Part shown: positions 29,268 through 39,897 of the stretch, in pieces | Position numbering within the stretch: the stretch's first letter is position 1 | How the letters are laid out: each line of letters opens with the position of its first letter | Source of the DNA: Candidatus Omnitrophota bacterium | Lineage (GTDB): Bacteria > Omnitrophota > Gorgyraeia > JAHIPI01 | Direction of reading: 5' to 3' | DNA length: 64,000 bases | NCBI GenBank assembly: GCA_043800065.1 | Contig: JAZDNG010000029.1 | Location: forward strand, 2,837 to 66,836 | Position numbers and translations under genes: made by a program | The notes under the pieces: generated by a model | The model's input: the letters and a program-made list of their open reading frames with translations, nothing else | Told to the model about the DNA's origin: nothing | Database searches by the model: none

Positions 29268-29540
29268 GTGTTGAGTATCAAGAAGGAAGTGAAGACAACA
29301 TTAATAAAGGAATATGAGGCGCATGCTACGGATACGGGGTCCCCGTCGGTTCAGGTAGCCATCATCACGGAAAGGATCAACAATCTTACGGGGCACTTTA
29401 AGCTCCATAAGAAAGATCACAATTCGAGGAGAGGCCTTCTGAAACTCGTTAGCAAACGGCGCAGGCTCCTAGATTATCTTAAGAAGCATGATGCTCCGAA
29501 GTACAAAGCCATAATAGATAAATTAGAGCTGCGTAAATAA
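29268..29540 (+). CDS. rpsO: 30S ribosomal protein S15
   Basis: 'DTGSP.VQVA..TERI..LT.H...HKKD..SRRGL'. Confidence 0.97.
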   Translation: MLSIKKEVKTTLIKEYEAHATDTGSPSVQVAIITERINNLTGHFKLHKKDHNSRRGLLKLVSKRRRLLDYLKKHDAPKYKAIIDKLELRK

Positions 29541-29562
29541 ATAAACGAACCAAAGGAGAGAA

Positions 29563-31671
29563 ATGTCTAAGAAATTTGAGTTAGAATTAGGCGGTAAACG
29601 CCTTATTATAGAGACGGGCAGGCTCGCGAAGCAGGCCGACGGCGCAGTTACTATGCGGCTTGGAGATACGCTTGTTCTCACAACCGTAGTTTGCTCCAAA
29701 AATCCACGCACTGGAGTTGATTTTCTCCCGCTGACGGTAGAATACCAGGAAAAGACGTATGCTTCCGGAAGGATACCCGGAGGATTTTTTAAGCGCGAGG
29801 GCCGGCCGACCGAAAAAGAGATATTGACAGCCAGATTAATAGACAGGCCGATACGCCCTTTATTCGACGATGGTTTTACGAATGAACTTCAGATCATGAG
29901 TATGGTGTTGTCATCCGATGCCGAAAATGATTCCGATGTCTTGGCGGTAACCAGCGCTTCGGCGGCGCTATCTATTTCTGACATACCTTTTAACGGACCG
30001 ATAGCGGCTGTCAGGGTCGGCATGATCGACAATAAGTTTGTCCTGAATCCCACCTTTGAGGAGCTTAATTCAAGTACGCTGGACCTGGTGGTGACCGGAA
30101 ACGGCGATAAAGTCATAATGGTAGAGGCCGGAGTACATGAGCTCTCGGAAGACATTGTCCTTGAGGGCATTAAATTTTCCCAGAAATACATCAAAGATCT
30201 CGTGGAACTGCAGAAGAAGATGATGAAGGAAGTGGGCCAGAAAAAGAGAAAAATAGATCTTTTGACAATAGATCCCGCAGTGGAAGAAAAGGTAAAAGAA
30301 GCTTCTCTTAATAAGATAAAAGACCTGGTAAACATCCCTGTCAAGGAAAAGAGAGAAGAGGCTCTTGATTCCATAAAAAAAGAAGTGCTGGAGAAGCTTG
30401 TCACGGAAGAAACCGGCTACACTGAGCTTCAAGTCAAGCTTGCGCTTGTCAAACTCGAAAAAGAGATCGTGCGAAAGGCCATGCTTGAAGGCGACCGAAG
30501 AGTGGATGGCAGAAATAAGGCAGAAATAAGGCCGATAACATGCGAAGTGGGATTACTTCCCAGGACGCACGGCTCAGGCCTTTTTACACGCGGCCAGACG
30601 CAGAGCCTTGCGGTTACTACGCTTGGCACGAGCGCTGACGAACAGACTATAGAATCCTTAGAAGGCGAGAGTTCCAAGAGTTTTATGCTTCATTACAATT
30701 TCCCTCCGTTCAGCGTGGGTGAGGTAAAACCCGTAAGAGGCCCGGGCAGGCGCGAGATAGGACACGGCGCGCTTGCGGAAAGAGCGCTTAAGCCGGTGAT
30801 GCCGTCCAAAGATAAATTCCCATACACCGTCAGGTTAGTTTCTGACATACTTGAGTCTAATGGATCAAGCAGCATGGCCACTGTGTGCGCAGGTACATTG
30901 GCGCTGATGGACGCCGGAGTTCCGATAATCAAATCCGTTGCCGGCGTAGCGATGGGGCTGGTAGAGGAAGGGAATAAACACATAATACTTACGGATATAG
31001 GCGGACTCGAGGACCATTTCGGCGACATGGACTTTAAAATTGCAGGAACCAGAGATGGCATAACAGCGGTGCAGCTCGACCTCAAGATCGACGGAATAAA
31101 CATTGAGATGATAAAAAACGCCATGGCCCAGGCATATACGGCGCGCATGGAAATACTTGAAAAGCTTGACGCTGCTATCGGAAAACCGAGAGAGGACATA
31201 TCCTCTTTTGCGCCCCGCATAAAGACGATCAAGATACCGGTCGAAAAGATAAAAGATGTCATCGGCTCCGGCGGCAAGGTCATCCGCAAGATAATAGAAG
31301 ACACGGGCGCGACCATTGATGTAGAGGATGACGGAACGATTCAAGTTGCCTCTGCGGACGGAGAAGCCCTGCAGAAGGCGCTTGATATCATAATCAGTAT
31401 TACTGCCGACCCGGAGATCGGAAAGATATACATGGCCAAGGTGAAGCGCGTTATGGAGTTCGGCGCGTTTTGTGAGATCATGCCGGGCAAAGAAGGCCTG
31501 TGCCACGTTTCCGAATTGTCGGATCATTTTATAAAAGATGCCACGAAGGAAGTCAAGGTAGGTGACGAATTTCTCGTTAAGCTGGTTGAAAAAGATGAAA
31601 AGGGCAGACTAAATCTGAGCCGTAAAAAAGCGCTTAAAAGCGAAGCGGATAGTGATAAAAGTAAAGGTTAA
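29563..31671 (+). CDS. pnp: Polyribonucleotide nucleotidyltransferase
   Basis: 'GGFFKREG', 'RRE.GHG', 'SNGSSSMA', 'GDMDFK', KH and S1 domains. Confidence 0.97.
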   Translation: MSKKFELELGGKRLIIETGRLAKQADGAVTMRLGDTLVLTTVVCSKNPRTGVDFLPLTVEYQEKTYASGRIPGGFFKREGRPTEKEILTARLIDRPIRPLFDDGFTNELQIMSMVLSSDAENDSDVLAVTSASAALSISDIPFNGPIAAVRVGMIDNKFVLNPTFEELNSSTLDLVVTGNGDKVIMVEAGVHELSEDIVLEGIKFSQKYIKDLVELQKKMMKEVGQKKRKIDLLTIDPAVEEKVKEASLNKIKDLVNIPVKEKREEALDSIKKEVLEKLVTEETGYTELQVKLALVKLEKEIVRKAMLEGDRRVDGRNKAEIRPITCEVGLLPRTHGSGLFTRGQTQSLAVTTLGTSADEQTIESLEGESSKSFMLHYNFPPFSVGEVKPVRGPGRREIGHGALAERALKPVMPSKDKFPYTVRLVSDILESNGSSSMATVCAGTLALMDAGVPIIKSVAGVAMGLVEEGNKHIILTDIGGLEDHFGDMDFKIAGTRDGITAVQLDLKIDGINIEMIKNAMAQAYTARMEILEKLDAAIGKPREDISSFAPRIKTIKIPVEKIKDVIGSGGKVIRKIIEDTGATIDVEDDGTIQVASADGEALQKALDIIISITADPEIGKIYMAKVKRVMEFGAFCEIMPGKEGLCHVSELSDHFIKDATKEVKVGDEFLVKLVEKDEKGRLNLSRKKALKSEADSDKSKG

Positions 31672-32098
31672 ACAAGACGCGAACGCTAAGGACCTGCCGT
31701 TGCCGCATTACGCAACGAATGGTTCAAGCGGCATGGATATATACGCTGCAGTAGACGGCGAAGTGGTTATCAGGCCGGGTGACATAAAGCTTATTTCGGC
31801 AGGATTTTACCTGGCCATACCGCCCGGATATGAAGCCCAGATACGGCCAAGAAGCGGTTTGGCGCTCAAGCACGGCATATCCATAGTCAACTCACCAGGC
31901 ACGATTGACTCCGATTATAGAGGCCTTGTTTCGATAATCATTACGAATCTCGGCAGAGATCCTTATATCATAAAGCGCGGCGACAGGATCGCGCAAATGG
32001 TCTTCAAGGAATCAATACGCGCCCAAATGGAACTCTCAGACGAATTGAGTGATACGGCCCGTTCACACGGCGGATTCGGCCACACGGGCGCAAGGTAG
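31652..32098 (+). CDS. dut: dUTP diphosphatase
   Basis: 'RPRSGLA', 'GTIDSDYRG', 'GDRIAQ', 'GGFGHTG'. Confidence 0.96.
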   Translation: MIKVKVKQDANAKDLPLPHYATNGSSGMDIYAAVDGEVVIRPGDIKLISAGFYLAIPPGYEAQIRPRSGLALKHGISIVNSPGTIDSDYRGLVSIIITNLGRDPYIIKRGDRIAQMVFKESIRAQMELSDELSDTARSHGGFGHTGAR

Positions 32099-32102
32099 AA
32101 AG

Positions 32103-34394
32103 ATGCGAAAAAATAAAGCGCAAAAACTCCCCAAAGAAAAGAGAAGCGAAATAGAGGCGATACTCTTTCTCACCGCGGGAATATTCATCCTCCTCAGCCT
32201 TTTGACATTCAATCCGAACGATATCTCGCTTTTTACCTCTCATCCTAATGCCCCCGTCAGGAATCTGTGCGGTTTTCTAGGGGCATGGACGAGCGGAATC
32301 CTTTTTTTTCTCATGGGAATATCCGCCTATGCGGTTACGGCGCTTTTTTTTATATGGGGCATCAATAGGCTTGTAGTCGCCCAAGAAGAGAAGCCGCACG
32401 GCCGCCTGGCAGGTACAATAATACTCATATTGACCACGAGTTCTCTCGCAAGTATCGTTATGAGGGGGGCTTCAATAGAAGAATTCAGGACAGGCGGTAC
32501 CGTCGGATTCTTTCTATCTAAACTGCTCCTCAGGTATTTCGGCCCCATAGGTTCATACGTAATGCTCTTTTCGCTTTTCGTACTTTCGCTGGTACTTGCC
32601 ACAGAATTTATGATATTCCCCATTTTTCTTAAAGTCCACAGCATTGCGGCAGATTTCTTAAAGAGGCTTAAATCGCGCATTGCTGGTATATCTGCTGTAA
32701 GATTAAGGGATAAGGTAAGAGAAGGGGTAATAAGGGTTACGCCTGTGAAAAGGACTACCATAAAGGAGCCGGAAAAGCCACCCAAACAGCCGGTATGGAA
32801 AGAAACAGCCATGCCAAAGGCGAGAGAAGTGGAATACGCGATCCACAAGACGGAAAAAGAATCGAAAATAAAGTCTTCCGCTAAGCCCGCGGCCATAAAA
32901 GTCACGCAGCCAAAGTCCGCCGGAGAGTACAAGCTGCCGTCAATTGACCTTTTGGATTCGCCGCCTCCGATAGAAGCGAGAAAAATTAAAGAAGACCTGC
33001 AGATAAATTCCGATATACTGGAAGATACTTTAGCGGATTTTGATATTGAAGCAAAGGTCGTCAGGGTGGAGCAGGGGCCTGTTATAACCAGGTACGAGCT
33101 TGAACCGGCGCCGGGCGTAAAAATAGCAAGGATCACTGCATTAAGCGATAATATAGCGCTCGCCATGAAAGCGCAGAGCGTAAGGATCGTGGCGCCTATG
33201 CCAGGCAAAGGCACCGTGGGATTCGAGGTGCCGAATTCTTCCTCAAGCATAGTTTATTTCAGGGAAATACTTGACTCCGACGAATTCAGAAAGTCGACGT
33301 CCAAATTATCGCTCTCACTCGGCAAAGACATAGCGGGTAAGCCCGTGATCGCAGATTTGACGGACATGCCGCATCTATTGATAGCCGGCACCACAGGCGC
33401 CGGTAAGACCGTCTGCGTGAATTGCCTTATAATGAGCCTTCTTTACAGCATGACGCCGGAAGAAGTAAAGTTTGTTATGGTGGACCCAAAGATGGTGGAA
33501 CTCGCAGTCTTTAACGGCATCCCGCATCTATTGTGCCCTGTTGTGACAGACGCCAAAAAGGCGGCCGCATCACTCGGCTGGGTTGTCAACGAGATGGAGA
33601 GGCGATATAAACTTCTTGCCAAAATAGGAGCAAGGAATATAGCTCTATTTAACGAAAAGGTAGAAAACGGCAAAGATAAATATCTTGATGAAGGAGGCGG
33701 GCCTTTAGAAAGGCTGCCGTTCATAATCGTGATAATAGATGAATTGGCCGACCTTATGGTCGTTGCCAAGGACGTTATAGAAAATGCCATCACGCGCCTT
33801 GCGCAGCTTTCGCGCGCGGTAGGCATACACCTCATACTCGCTACGCAGAGGCCGTCAGTTGATGTCATAACAGGCGTCATAAAGGCAAATTTCCCGGCGA
33901 GGATATCGTTTAAAGTCGCCTCAAAGGTGGACTCGAGGACAGTCCTTGACATGAACGGCGCGGATAAACTTTTAGGCAGGGGGGACATGCTTTTTATAGA
34001 GCCAGGCGCGGCAAGGCCGGTGAGGGCGCAGGGCTCTCTTATAAGCGACAGCGAAATAGAACGCATAGTCAGTTTTATAAAATCGCAGAGAGAGACGATC
34101 TATGACGAAAGCGTCCTTTTGGTGCAGGAGAAAAGAGCGGTGGGAAAGGTGTTTGAGAAAGACGAACTCTTTGACGAAGCCGTAAAGACGATACTTGAGA
34201 CAAAGCAGGCATCGGTTTCAATACTACAGAGGAAACTTGGGCTAGGTTACACAAGAGCCGCGCGGCTTATAGACGCCATGGAAGACGAAGGTATAGTAGG
34301 GCCTTATCGCGGCTCTAAACCGCGGGAAATATTGGTAGATGGCGTCGATGAGGTCGGCAGCGCCAAGGCAAAGGACGAAGATGGCGAAGCTTAA
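32103..34394 (+). CDS. ftsK: DNA translocase FtsK
   Basis: N-terminal TM region, 'PHLLIAGTTGAGK', 'DELADLM', 'ATQRPSVDVITG', gamma domain; ATG 32103 follows the dut stop. Confidence 0.95.
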   Translation: MRKNKAQKLPKEKRSEIEAILFLTAGIFILLSLLTFNPNDISLFTSHPNAPVRNLCGFLGAWTSGILFFLMGISAYAVTALFFIWGINRLVVAQEEKPHGRLAGTIILILTTSSLASIVMRGASIEEFRTGGTVGFFLSKLLLRYFGPIGSYVMLFSLFVLSLVLATEFMIFPIFLKVHSIAADFLKRLKSRIAGISAVRLRDKVREGVIRVTPVKRTTIKEPEKPPKQPVWKETAMPKAREVEYAIHKTEKESKIKSSAKPAAIKVTQPKSAGEYKLPSIDLLDSPPPIEARKIKEDLQINSDILEDTLADFDIEAKVVRVEQGPVITRYELEPAPGVKIARITALSDNIALAMKAQSVRIVAPMPGKGTVGFEVPNSSSSIVYFREILDSDEFRKSTSKLSLSLGKDIAGKPVIADLTDMPHLLIAGTTGAGKTVCVNCLIMSLLYSMTPEEVKFVMVDPKMVELAVFNGIPHLLCPVVTDAKKAAASLGWVVNEMERRYKLLAKIGARNIALFNEKVENGKDKYLDEGGGPLERLPFIIVIIDELADLMVVAKDVIENAITRLAQLSRAVGIHLILATQRPSVDVITGVIKANFPARISFKVASKVDSRTVLDMNGADKLLGRGDMLFIEPGAARPVRAQGSLISDSEIERIVSFIKSQRETIYDESVLLVQEKRAVGKVFEKDELFDEAVKTILETKQASVSILQRKLGLGYTRAARLIDAMEDEGIVGPYRGSKPREILVDGVDEVGSAKAKDEDGEA

Positions 34395-35217
34395 GAAACC
34401 GGGAGACGGCAATATAAGTTCGCAGCTCGTGATGGGGACGATCGGCGAAAGGTTGAAATCCGCGCGCGAAAATAAGAGGCTTTCACTTGATGATGTCTAC
34501 AGGATAATCAAAATACACCCTAAAACCCTTGAGGCGCTCGAAAAAGGCCAGCTTGAAGATAAATTGGGCGGGACCTATGTGAGGGCCTTTCTAAAAAATT
34601 ATGCTACTTTTTTGGGCCTGGATGCTGTTGCTATTTTGGAGGAGGATAGTTTAAAAAAACATGCTGCTATGCCCGGCGGCAGTCCGCAGCCGTCCATGGA
34701 CAGTCAAAAGAAACCGGTTTCCAAAAAGAATGACGCCGAATTACTCCGCGCGGTAATGATGATAGCGGCAATTATTGCATCATTTTTTATTTTAATATTC
34801 GGTACGATAAAAATAAGCCAATTCGCCAAAAATACTTTTTCAAAGATAAAGACAGGGGCCATTTCCCGCAAAAGGTCCGAACCCGCAAAAAAATCTCCCA
34901 AACCGGTCGCGCTAAAGACACAAACGGCGTCGGAGAAGATAATACCCATACCAAAACAGAAAGCATTAACGCTTACCCTAAACACCTCCGATGAGGTGTG
35001 GCTCAAAGTCACAGTGGACGGTAAGATCGCGTTTAATAATACCCTTTCAAAGAAATCAAAAGAGACGTGGAAGGCGGAAAAAGAGATAAAATTGGACGAA
35101 ATAGGAAAGCCCGAAGCATTGAAGATGAACGTAAACGGAAAAGATATTGATTTTTCCAAGAGCCGCACGCGCAATATCCTCATTACTCACGAAGGCGTAG
35201 ACCTTGAACCAAAATGA
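34381..35217 (+). CDS. rodZ: RodZ-like HTH-TM-DUF4115 protein
   Basis: 'IGERLKSARE', 'YVRAFLKNYA..LGLD', one TM, C-terminal 'VWLKV.VDG'; ftsK-rodZ-rimO order. Confidence 0.85.
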   Translation: MAKLKKPGDGNISSQLVMGTIGERLKSARENKRLSLDDVYRIIKIHPKTLEALEKGQLEDKLGGTYVRAFLKNYATFLGLDAVAILEEDSLKKHAAMPGGSPQPSMDSQKKPVSKKNDAELLRAVMMIAAIIASFFILIFGTIKISQFAKNTFSKIKTGAISRKRSEPAKKSPKPVALKTQTASEKIIPIPKQKALTLTLNTSDEVWLKVTVDGKIAFNNTLSKKSKETWKAEKEIKLDEIGKPEALKMNVNGKDIDFSKSRTRNILITHEGVDLEPK

Positions 35218-36572
35218 AGCCTCCGCATTCCTCTACACATAAGACAAAGGTCGGAATAATAAGCCTTGGCTGCCCGCGTAACCTCGTAGATTCGGAAATA
35301 TTGCTCGGCATACTGGAGGATAACGGGTTCCAGATTTCGGAGCTCGTCGAAGCCGACATCGGCATAATAAATACGTGCGCCTTCATAGATGAGGCTAAGC
35401 GGGAATCTATAGATATGATCCTTGAGGTGATAGACCTCAAAAAGAAAGGCCGTTTATCAAAGGTCATCGTTGCCGGCTGCCTTGCCGAGCGGTACGGCAA
35501 GGCCCTCATGAAGGATATGCCGGAAGTCGACGGCTTTATCGGATGCGGAGACATTGAAAAAATCGGCGCGCTTATAGGCAAATTGAATAATAATGAAGCC
35601 GTATCGGAAATATCCAAAACCCATTCCTTTATTTACAGCCACACGCATCCGCGAGTCAAAATAACGCCGCCTCATTATATGTACGTTAAGATATCGGAGG
35701 GCTGCCGCAATAGATGCAGTTTTTGCGTTATCCCGGACATAAAAGGCGACTACCGGAGCAGGCCTCTCGAATCGGTCATTAATGAGGTAGAAGATGCCTC
35801 GCAGTGCGCGCATATATCGGAAATAAACCTGGTAGGGCAGGATACAACGCTCTTCGGCGCCGATACCGCCGGTAAGCCAAAAATCACAGAGTTGCTTAAG
35901 CAGCTCTGTGCATTCAATAAATACAAGCGCTGGATACGCCTTTTATACACCTACCCGTCCCACATAGACGACGGCCTGATATCTCTTTTTGCCGACGAGA
36001 AATCGCTTTGCAAGTATATAGACTTGCCGGTGCAGCATATAAACGACAGGATCCTTAAAGCGATGAACCGACACATGTCAAAACAAGATATATGCGGCAT
36101 CATAGAAAAAATAAGAAAAATTATTCCGGGCGTTACGCTGCGCAGTTCTATTATTGTGGGTTTTCCGGGTGAGACCGAAAAGGAATTTAAGGAGCTGGTT
36201 GATTTTGTAAAAGATGTGAAATTTGAGCGCCTGGGCGTTTTTACATATTCAAGAGAAGAGGGCACGCCGGCTTACAGCTACAAGGATCAGATAAGTGAAA
36301 TAGTAAAGCTGGAGCGTTTCAATACCCTTATGTCGCTCCAAAAGGATATAGCGGAGGACATAAACAGATCTTTTTTAGGCAAGACCATAGATGTCCTTAT
36401 TGACGAGAAGGACGGCGATTCGACAGATTCATATATCGGCAGGACCGAGGGCGATGCGCCGGAAGTTGACGGCGAAGTATTTGTGAAAGGCCGCGGACTA
36501 AAGCCCGGCGATTTCGTGAAAGTAAAGATCGCCGGCACGCTCGAATATGACCTGATTGGGGAAGTGCTATAA
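35214..36572 (+). CDS. rimO: Ribosomal protein S12 methylthiotransferase
   Basis: 'SLGCPRNLVDSE', 'NTCAFI', 'GCRNRCSFC', 'DAPEVDG'. Confidence 0.95.
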   Translation: MKPPHSSTHKTKVGIISLGCPRNLVDSEILLGILEDNGFQISELVEADIGIINTCAFIDEAKRESIDMILEVIDLKKKGRLSKVIVAGCLAERYGKALMKDMPEVDGFIGCGDIEKIGALIGKLNNNEAVSEISKTHSFIYSHTHPRVKITPPHYMYVKISEGCRNRCSFCVIPDIKGDYRSRPLESVINEVEDASQCAHISEINLVGQDTTLFGADTAGKPKITELLKQLCAFNKYKRWIRLLYTYPSHIDDGLISLFADEKSLCKYIDLPVQHINDRILKAMNRHMSKQDICGIIEKIRKIIPGVTLRSSIIVGFPGETEKEFKELVDFVKDVKFERLGVFTYSREEGTPAYSYKDQISEIVKLERFNTLMSLQKDIAEDINRSFLGKTIDVLIDEKDGDSTDSYIGRTEGDAPEVDGEVFVKGRGLKPGDFVKVKIAGTLEYDLIGEVL

Positions 36573-36573
36573 C

Positions 36574-36663
36574 AATATTGGTACTCCCCTCGCTCAGGTA
36601 AAATAAGTTTTAAAAGGAATCCGGTGATTTTCTCGCTCGAAAATGCACCGTATTCCTTTTAAA
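36574..36663. repeat. Degenerate end of the adjacent element plus a long hairpin
   Basis: AATATTGGTACTCCCCTCGCTCAGG resembles the reverse complement of 36869-36894; stem TTTAAAAGGAAT.CGGTG...CACCG.ATTCCTTTTAAA at 36609-36663. Confidence 0.55.
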
Positions 36664-36677
36664 GGACATTAGTGATA

Positions 36678-36898
36678 TAATAATATTGATACTTCTCCGA
36701 GCGACTGCGAAATTTAGCTCCGAACGAGCCAAAAAATCGGTTTATAAAAGGGCGAAATATGTCCGCGGAGCGGTCCGGCACCAATGGTGCCGGATGAGGG
36801 GGCATGGTAATGCCCCCGAGTTATTTCGCCCCCGATTTTTGGCGAAGTGAGAAGCGTTAAGAATTTCGCCTGGAGCGAGGAAAGTATCAATATTATTA
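36678..36898. mobile_element. 221-bp MITE-like or structured element with perfect 17-bp terminal inverted repeats and nested stems
   Basis: TAATAATATTGATACTT 36678-36694 / AAGTATCAATATTATTA 36882-36898, enclosing three nested stems and two apical hairpins. Confidence 0.7.
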
Positions 36899-36914
36899 CG
36901 GAGTGAAGCACAAA

Positions 36915-39725
36915 ATGGAAAAAGAATACATATTTGTAAAGGGCGCGAGGGAGCACAATCTTAAGAACATCGACGTTAGAATTCCGCGCAATAAGCTCGT
37001 TGTCGTAACAGGCCTATCCGGTTCCGGAAAGTCGTCGCTCGCATTTGACACCATCTACGCCGAAGGCCAGCGCCGCTACGTTGAAAGCCTCTCCAGCTAT
37101 GCCCGCCAATTCCTGGAACAACTGCAAAAGCCGAATGTCGAATATATAGAAGGCCTCTCGCCTGCCATAAGCATAGAGCAGCGCAGCGCCGGCTCAAACC
37201 CGCGCTCCACCGTCGGAACAGCCACCGAGATATATGACTATCTTCGCCTCCTTTTTGCGCGCGTCGGGAGAACGCACTGCTATAAATGCGGAAAAGAGAT
37301 AACGAGGCAGGATGCCGCGCGGATAGTGGAAAGCATAATGAATTTAAAGGCCGGTAAAAACATAGTGATCCTCGCCCCGAGAATAAAAGGCAAAAAAGGC
37401 GAGCATAAGGATATCTTTGACGAAATACGAAAAGAAGGCTTTGTCCGCGCCCGCGTTGACGGAAAGATGAGAGAGCTCGACGAAGATATCCGCCTTGCAA
37501 AGAATGAAAAGCATTCGGTGGAGGCAGTGGTTGATAGGCTGGCAGTCAAAGCGGAGGCAAAAAAGCGGCTGACAGATTCCGTAGAGACGGCGCTTAAAAT
37601 CGGAAGAGGGTCTTTGATCGTATATGAAAACTCGCCCAAAGACGATGTGCTTTTCAGCGAGTTGTATGCCTGCGCCGACTGCGGCATAAGCTACGAAGAA
37701 CTGGCGCCGCGCATGTTCTCTTTTAATTCGCCGTACGGCGCGTGCGCTTCTTGCAGCGGCCTGGGTAATAAAATGGAGATAGACCCGGAGCTAATCGTAC
37801 CCGATAAATCCAGGCCGCTTTTGGAAGCGGTACTGCCGTGGAAAAAAGGCGGAAGAGGCATTATACTTTATTACCGGCGGCTTCTCCGCTCCGTCGCCGA
37901 CGATTACAACTTTGACGCGTATACGCCTTTTAGAGATTTAAAAAAAGAAACAAAAGACGTAATACTGTACGGCGATCAGGATAAGAGGGGATATTTTGAA
38001 GGGGTGATACCTAATCTTGAACGGCGTTTTGTAGAGACGAAAAGCGAATATATAAAAACAGAGATAAATAAGTTCATGAGCGAGCAGCCATGCCCGAAAT
38101 GCAATGGCGCTCGCCTTAAGAAAGAAAGTCTTTCGGTCGCAATAGGAAATAAAAATATTATGGACATTACTAAGATGTCCGTTGCCGAAGCAACACTGTT
38201 CTTCGGTAATTTGAAGCTGAGCAAAGAAGATATGTTTATAAGCAGGGAGGCGGTCAAGGAAGTAAAGATGCGCCTCCGGTTCATGTCGAATGTCGGGCTC
38301 GATTATCTTACGCTTGACCGTGTAAGCTCGACACTCTCCGGCGGAGAAGCGCAGAGGATCCGCCTCGCGACGCAGATAGGAGCGGGGCTTGTAGGAGTCC
38401 TTTACATACTTGATGAGCCGAGCATAGGGCTGCATCAGAGGGACAATTCAAAATTGCTGGATACTCTCACGGCCCTTTGCAATCTCGGCAATACTCTTAT
38501 TATTGTAGAACATGATGAGGCGACAATAAGAAAGGCCGATTATATCGTAGACCTCGGCCCGGGCGCCGGAGAGGCAGGCGGGGAAGTAGTGGCCGCCGGC
38601 GCGCTAAAAGAAATACTCAAAAATAAAAAATCACTTACCGCGCAGTACTTAAACGGCGAACTTCAGATAGAAATACCGAAGGAGCGAAGGCGTCAAAAAC
38701 CCGATAAGGCTATAACTATAATCGGCGCCTGTGAGCATAACCTTAAGGATATAGATGTAAAGATCCCACTCGGACTTTTTGTTGCGGTTACCGGGGTATC
38801 CGGTTCCGGTAAAAGTACGCTTATAGACGAGATATTATACCGCGCGCTTGCAAAAAAGATATACAGGGCAAAATTAAAACCCGGCAAGCACAAAGCGATC
38901 CTGGGTGTCGAAAATATAGACAAGGTAATCGTCATAGATCAGTCGCCCATAGGGCGGACGCCGCGCTCAAACCCCGCCACATATACAGGCGCTTACAGCC
39001 CCATACGCGATCTATTCAGCCGGCTTCCTGAGTCGAAGATTAGAGGGTATAGGCCAGGCAGGTTCAGTTTTAACGTAAAGGGGGGAAGGTGCGAGGCCTG
39101 CGCGGGCGACGGTATAAAAAAGATCGAGATGCATTTTCTGCCGGACGTTTATGTGACATGCGAGGCCTGTAAAGGCAAGCGCTTTAACGAGCAGACACTG
39201 GAAGTAAAATATAAGGGTTATTCAATTTCGGACATCCTTGAGATGAGCGTGGAGCAGGCGCTGGATGTACTCAAGAACATACCGGCTGTGAAGGCTAAAC
39301 TTGAGACGCTTCACAATGTAGGCCTCGGTTATATACGCCTGGGTCAATCGGCAACGACACTATCCGGCGGCGAGGCGCAAAGGATAAAACTTTCCTCTGA
39401 GCTTTCGCGCAGGGCGACAGGAAAGACGCTCTATATATTGGATGAACCGACAACCGGCCTCCATTTTGCCGATATAGACCGGCTTTTGAAAGTCCTTCAG
39501 GCGCTCGCGGATGCCGGAAATACTGTCGTCGTGATAGAGCACAACCTGGATGTGGTAAAGAGTTCCGATTATATCATAGACCTCGGGCCCGAAGGCGGAG
39601 ACGAGGGAGGCAGGGTCGTTGCTTCGGGTACGCCTGAAGAAGTCGCGAAGAACAGCCGTTCATATACAGGCCAATACCTTCAGAAGATATTCACAGATGA
39701 TCACAGATTAAAAGACGCGGATTAG
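36915..39725 (+). CDS. uvrA: Excinuclease ABC subunit A
   Basis: 'GAREHNLKN', two Walker A motifs, 'LSGGEAQRI', zinc fingers. Confidence 0.97.
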   Translation: MEKEYIFVKGAREHNLKNIDVRIPRNKLVVVTGLSGSGKSSLAFDTIYAEGQRRYVESLSSYARQFLEQLQKPNVEYIEGLSPAISIEQRSAGSNPRSTVGTATEIYDYLRLLFARVGRTHCYKCGKEITRQDAARIVESIMNLKAGKNIVILAPRIKGKKGEHKDIFDEIRKEGFVRARVDGKMRELDEDIRLAKNEKHSVEAVVDRLAVKAEAKKRLTDSVETALKIGRGSLIVYENSPKDDVLFSELYACADCGISYEELAPRMFSFNSPYGACASCSGLGNKMEIDPELIVPDKSRPLLEAVLPWKKGGRGIILYYRRLLRSVADDYNFDAYTPFRDLKKETKDVILYGDQDKRGYFEGVIPNLERRFVETKSEYIKTEINKFMSEQPCPKCNGARLKKESLSVAIGNKNIMDITKMSVAEATLFFGNLKLSKEDMFISREAVKEVKMRLRFMSNVGLDYLTLDRVSSTLSGGEAQRIRLATQIGAGLVGVLYILDEPSIGLHQRDNSKLLDTLTALCNLGNTLIIVEHDEATIRKADYIVDLGPGAGEAGGEVVAAGALKEILKNKKSLTAQYLNGELQIEIPKERRRQKPDKAITIIGACEHNLKDIDVKIPLGLFVAVTGVSGSGKSTLIDEILYRALAKKIYRAKLKPGKHKAILGVENIDKVIVIDQSPIGRTPRSNPATYTGAYSPIRDLFSRLPESKIRGYRPGRFSFNVKGGRCEACAGDGIKKIEMHFLPDVYVTCEACKGKRFNEQTLEVKYKGYSISDILEMSVEQALDVLKNIPAVKAKLETLHNVGLGYIRLGQSATTLSGGEAQRIKLSSELSRRATGKTLYILDEPTTGLHFADIDRLLKVLQALADAGNTVVVIEHNLDVVKSSDYIIDLGPEGGDEGGRVVASGTPEEVAKNSRSYTGQYLQKIFTDDHRLKDAD

Positions 39726-39806
39726 CGCAGACATAATGCTTTTTCTGCAATAATCTGTGTTAATCTGTAAGTACATAATTTTAGCATATCTCTGCGATCA
39801 TCTGTG
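39692..39806. repeat. CACAGAT/ATCTGTG-type inverted repeat cluster overlapping the uvrA stop
   Basis: CACAGATGATCACAGA 39692-39707 vs TCTGCGATCATCTGTG 39791-39806 (15/16 complementary), plus internal degenerate copies. Confidence 0.65.
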
Positions 39807-39833
39807 CCAAATTATCCAATTCTCAAAAATAGC

Positions 39834-39862
39834 TTGAATTGGCAATATAACCCTGCTATAAT
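39834..39862 (+). promoter_or_regulatory. Sigma70-type promoter
   Basis: TTGAAT-17 nt-TATAAT with extended TG. Confidence 0.6.
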
Positions 39863-39897
39863 ACCCAATCACCAACCAATTACACCATAGCAACATA

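Noticed and set aside
36714-36956. 80-aa minus-strand ORF upstream of uvrA
   Set aside because: Runs through the palindromic element and overlaps the uvrA start; no protein features
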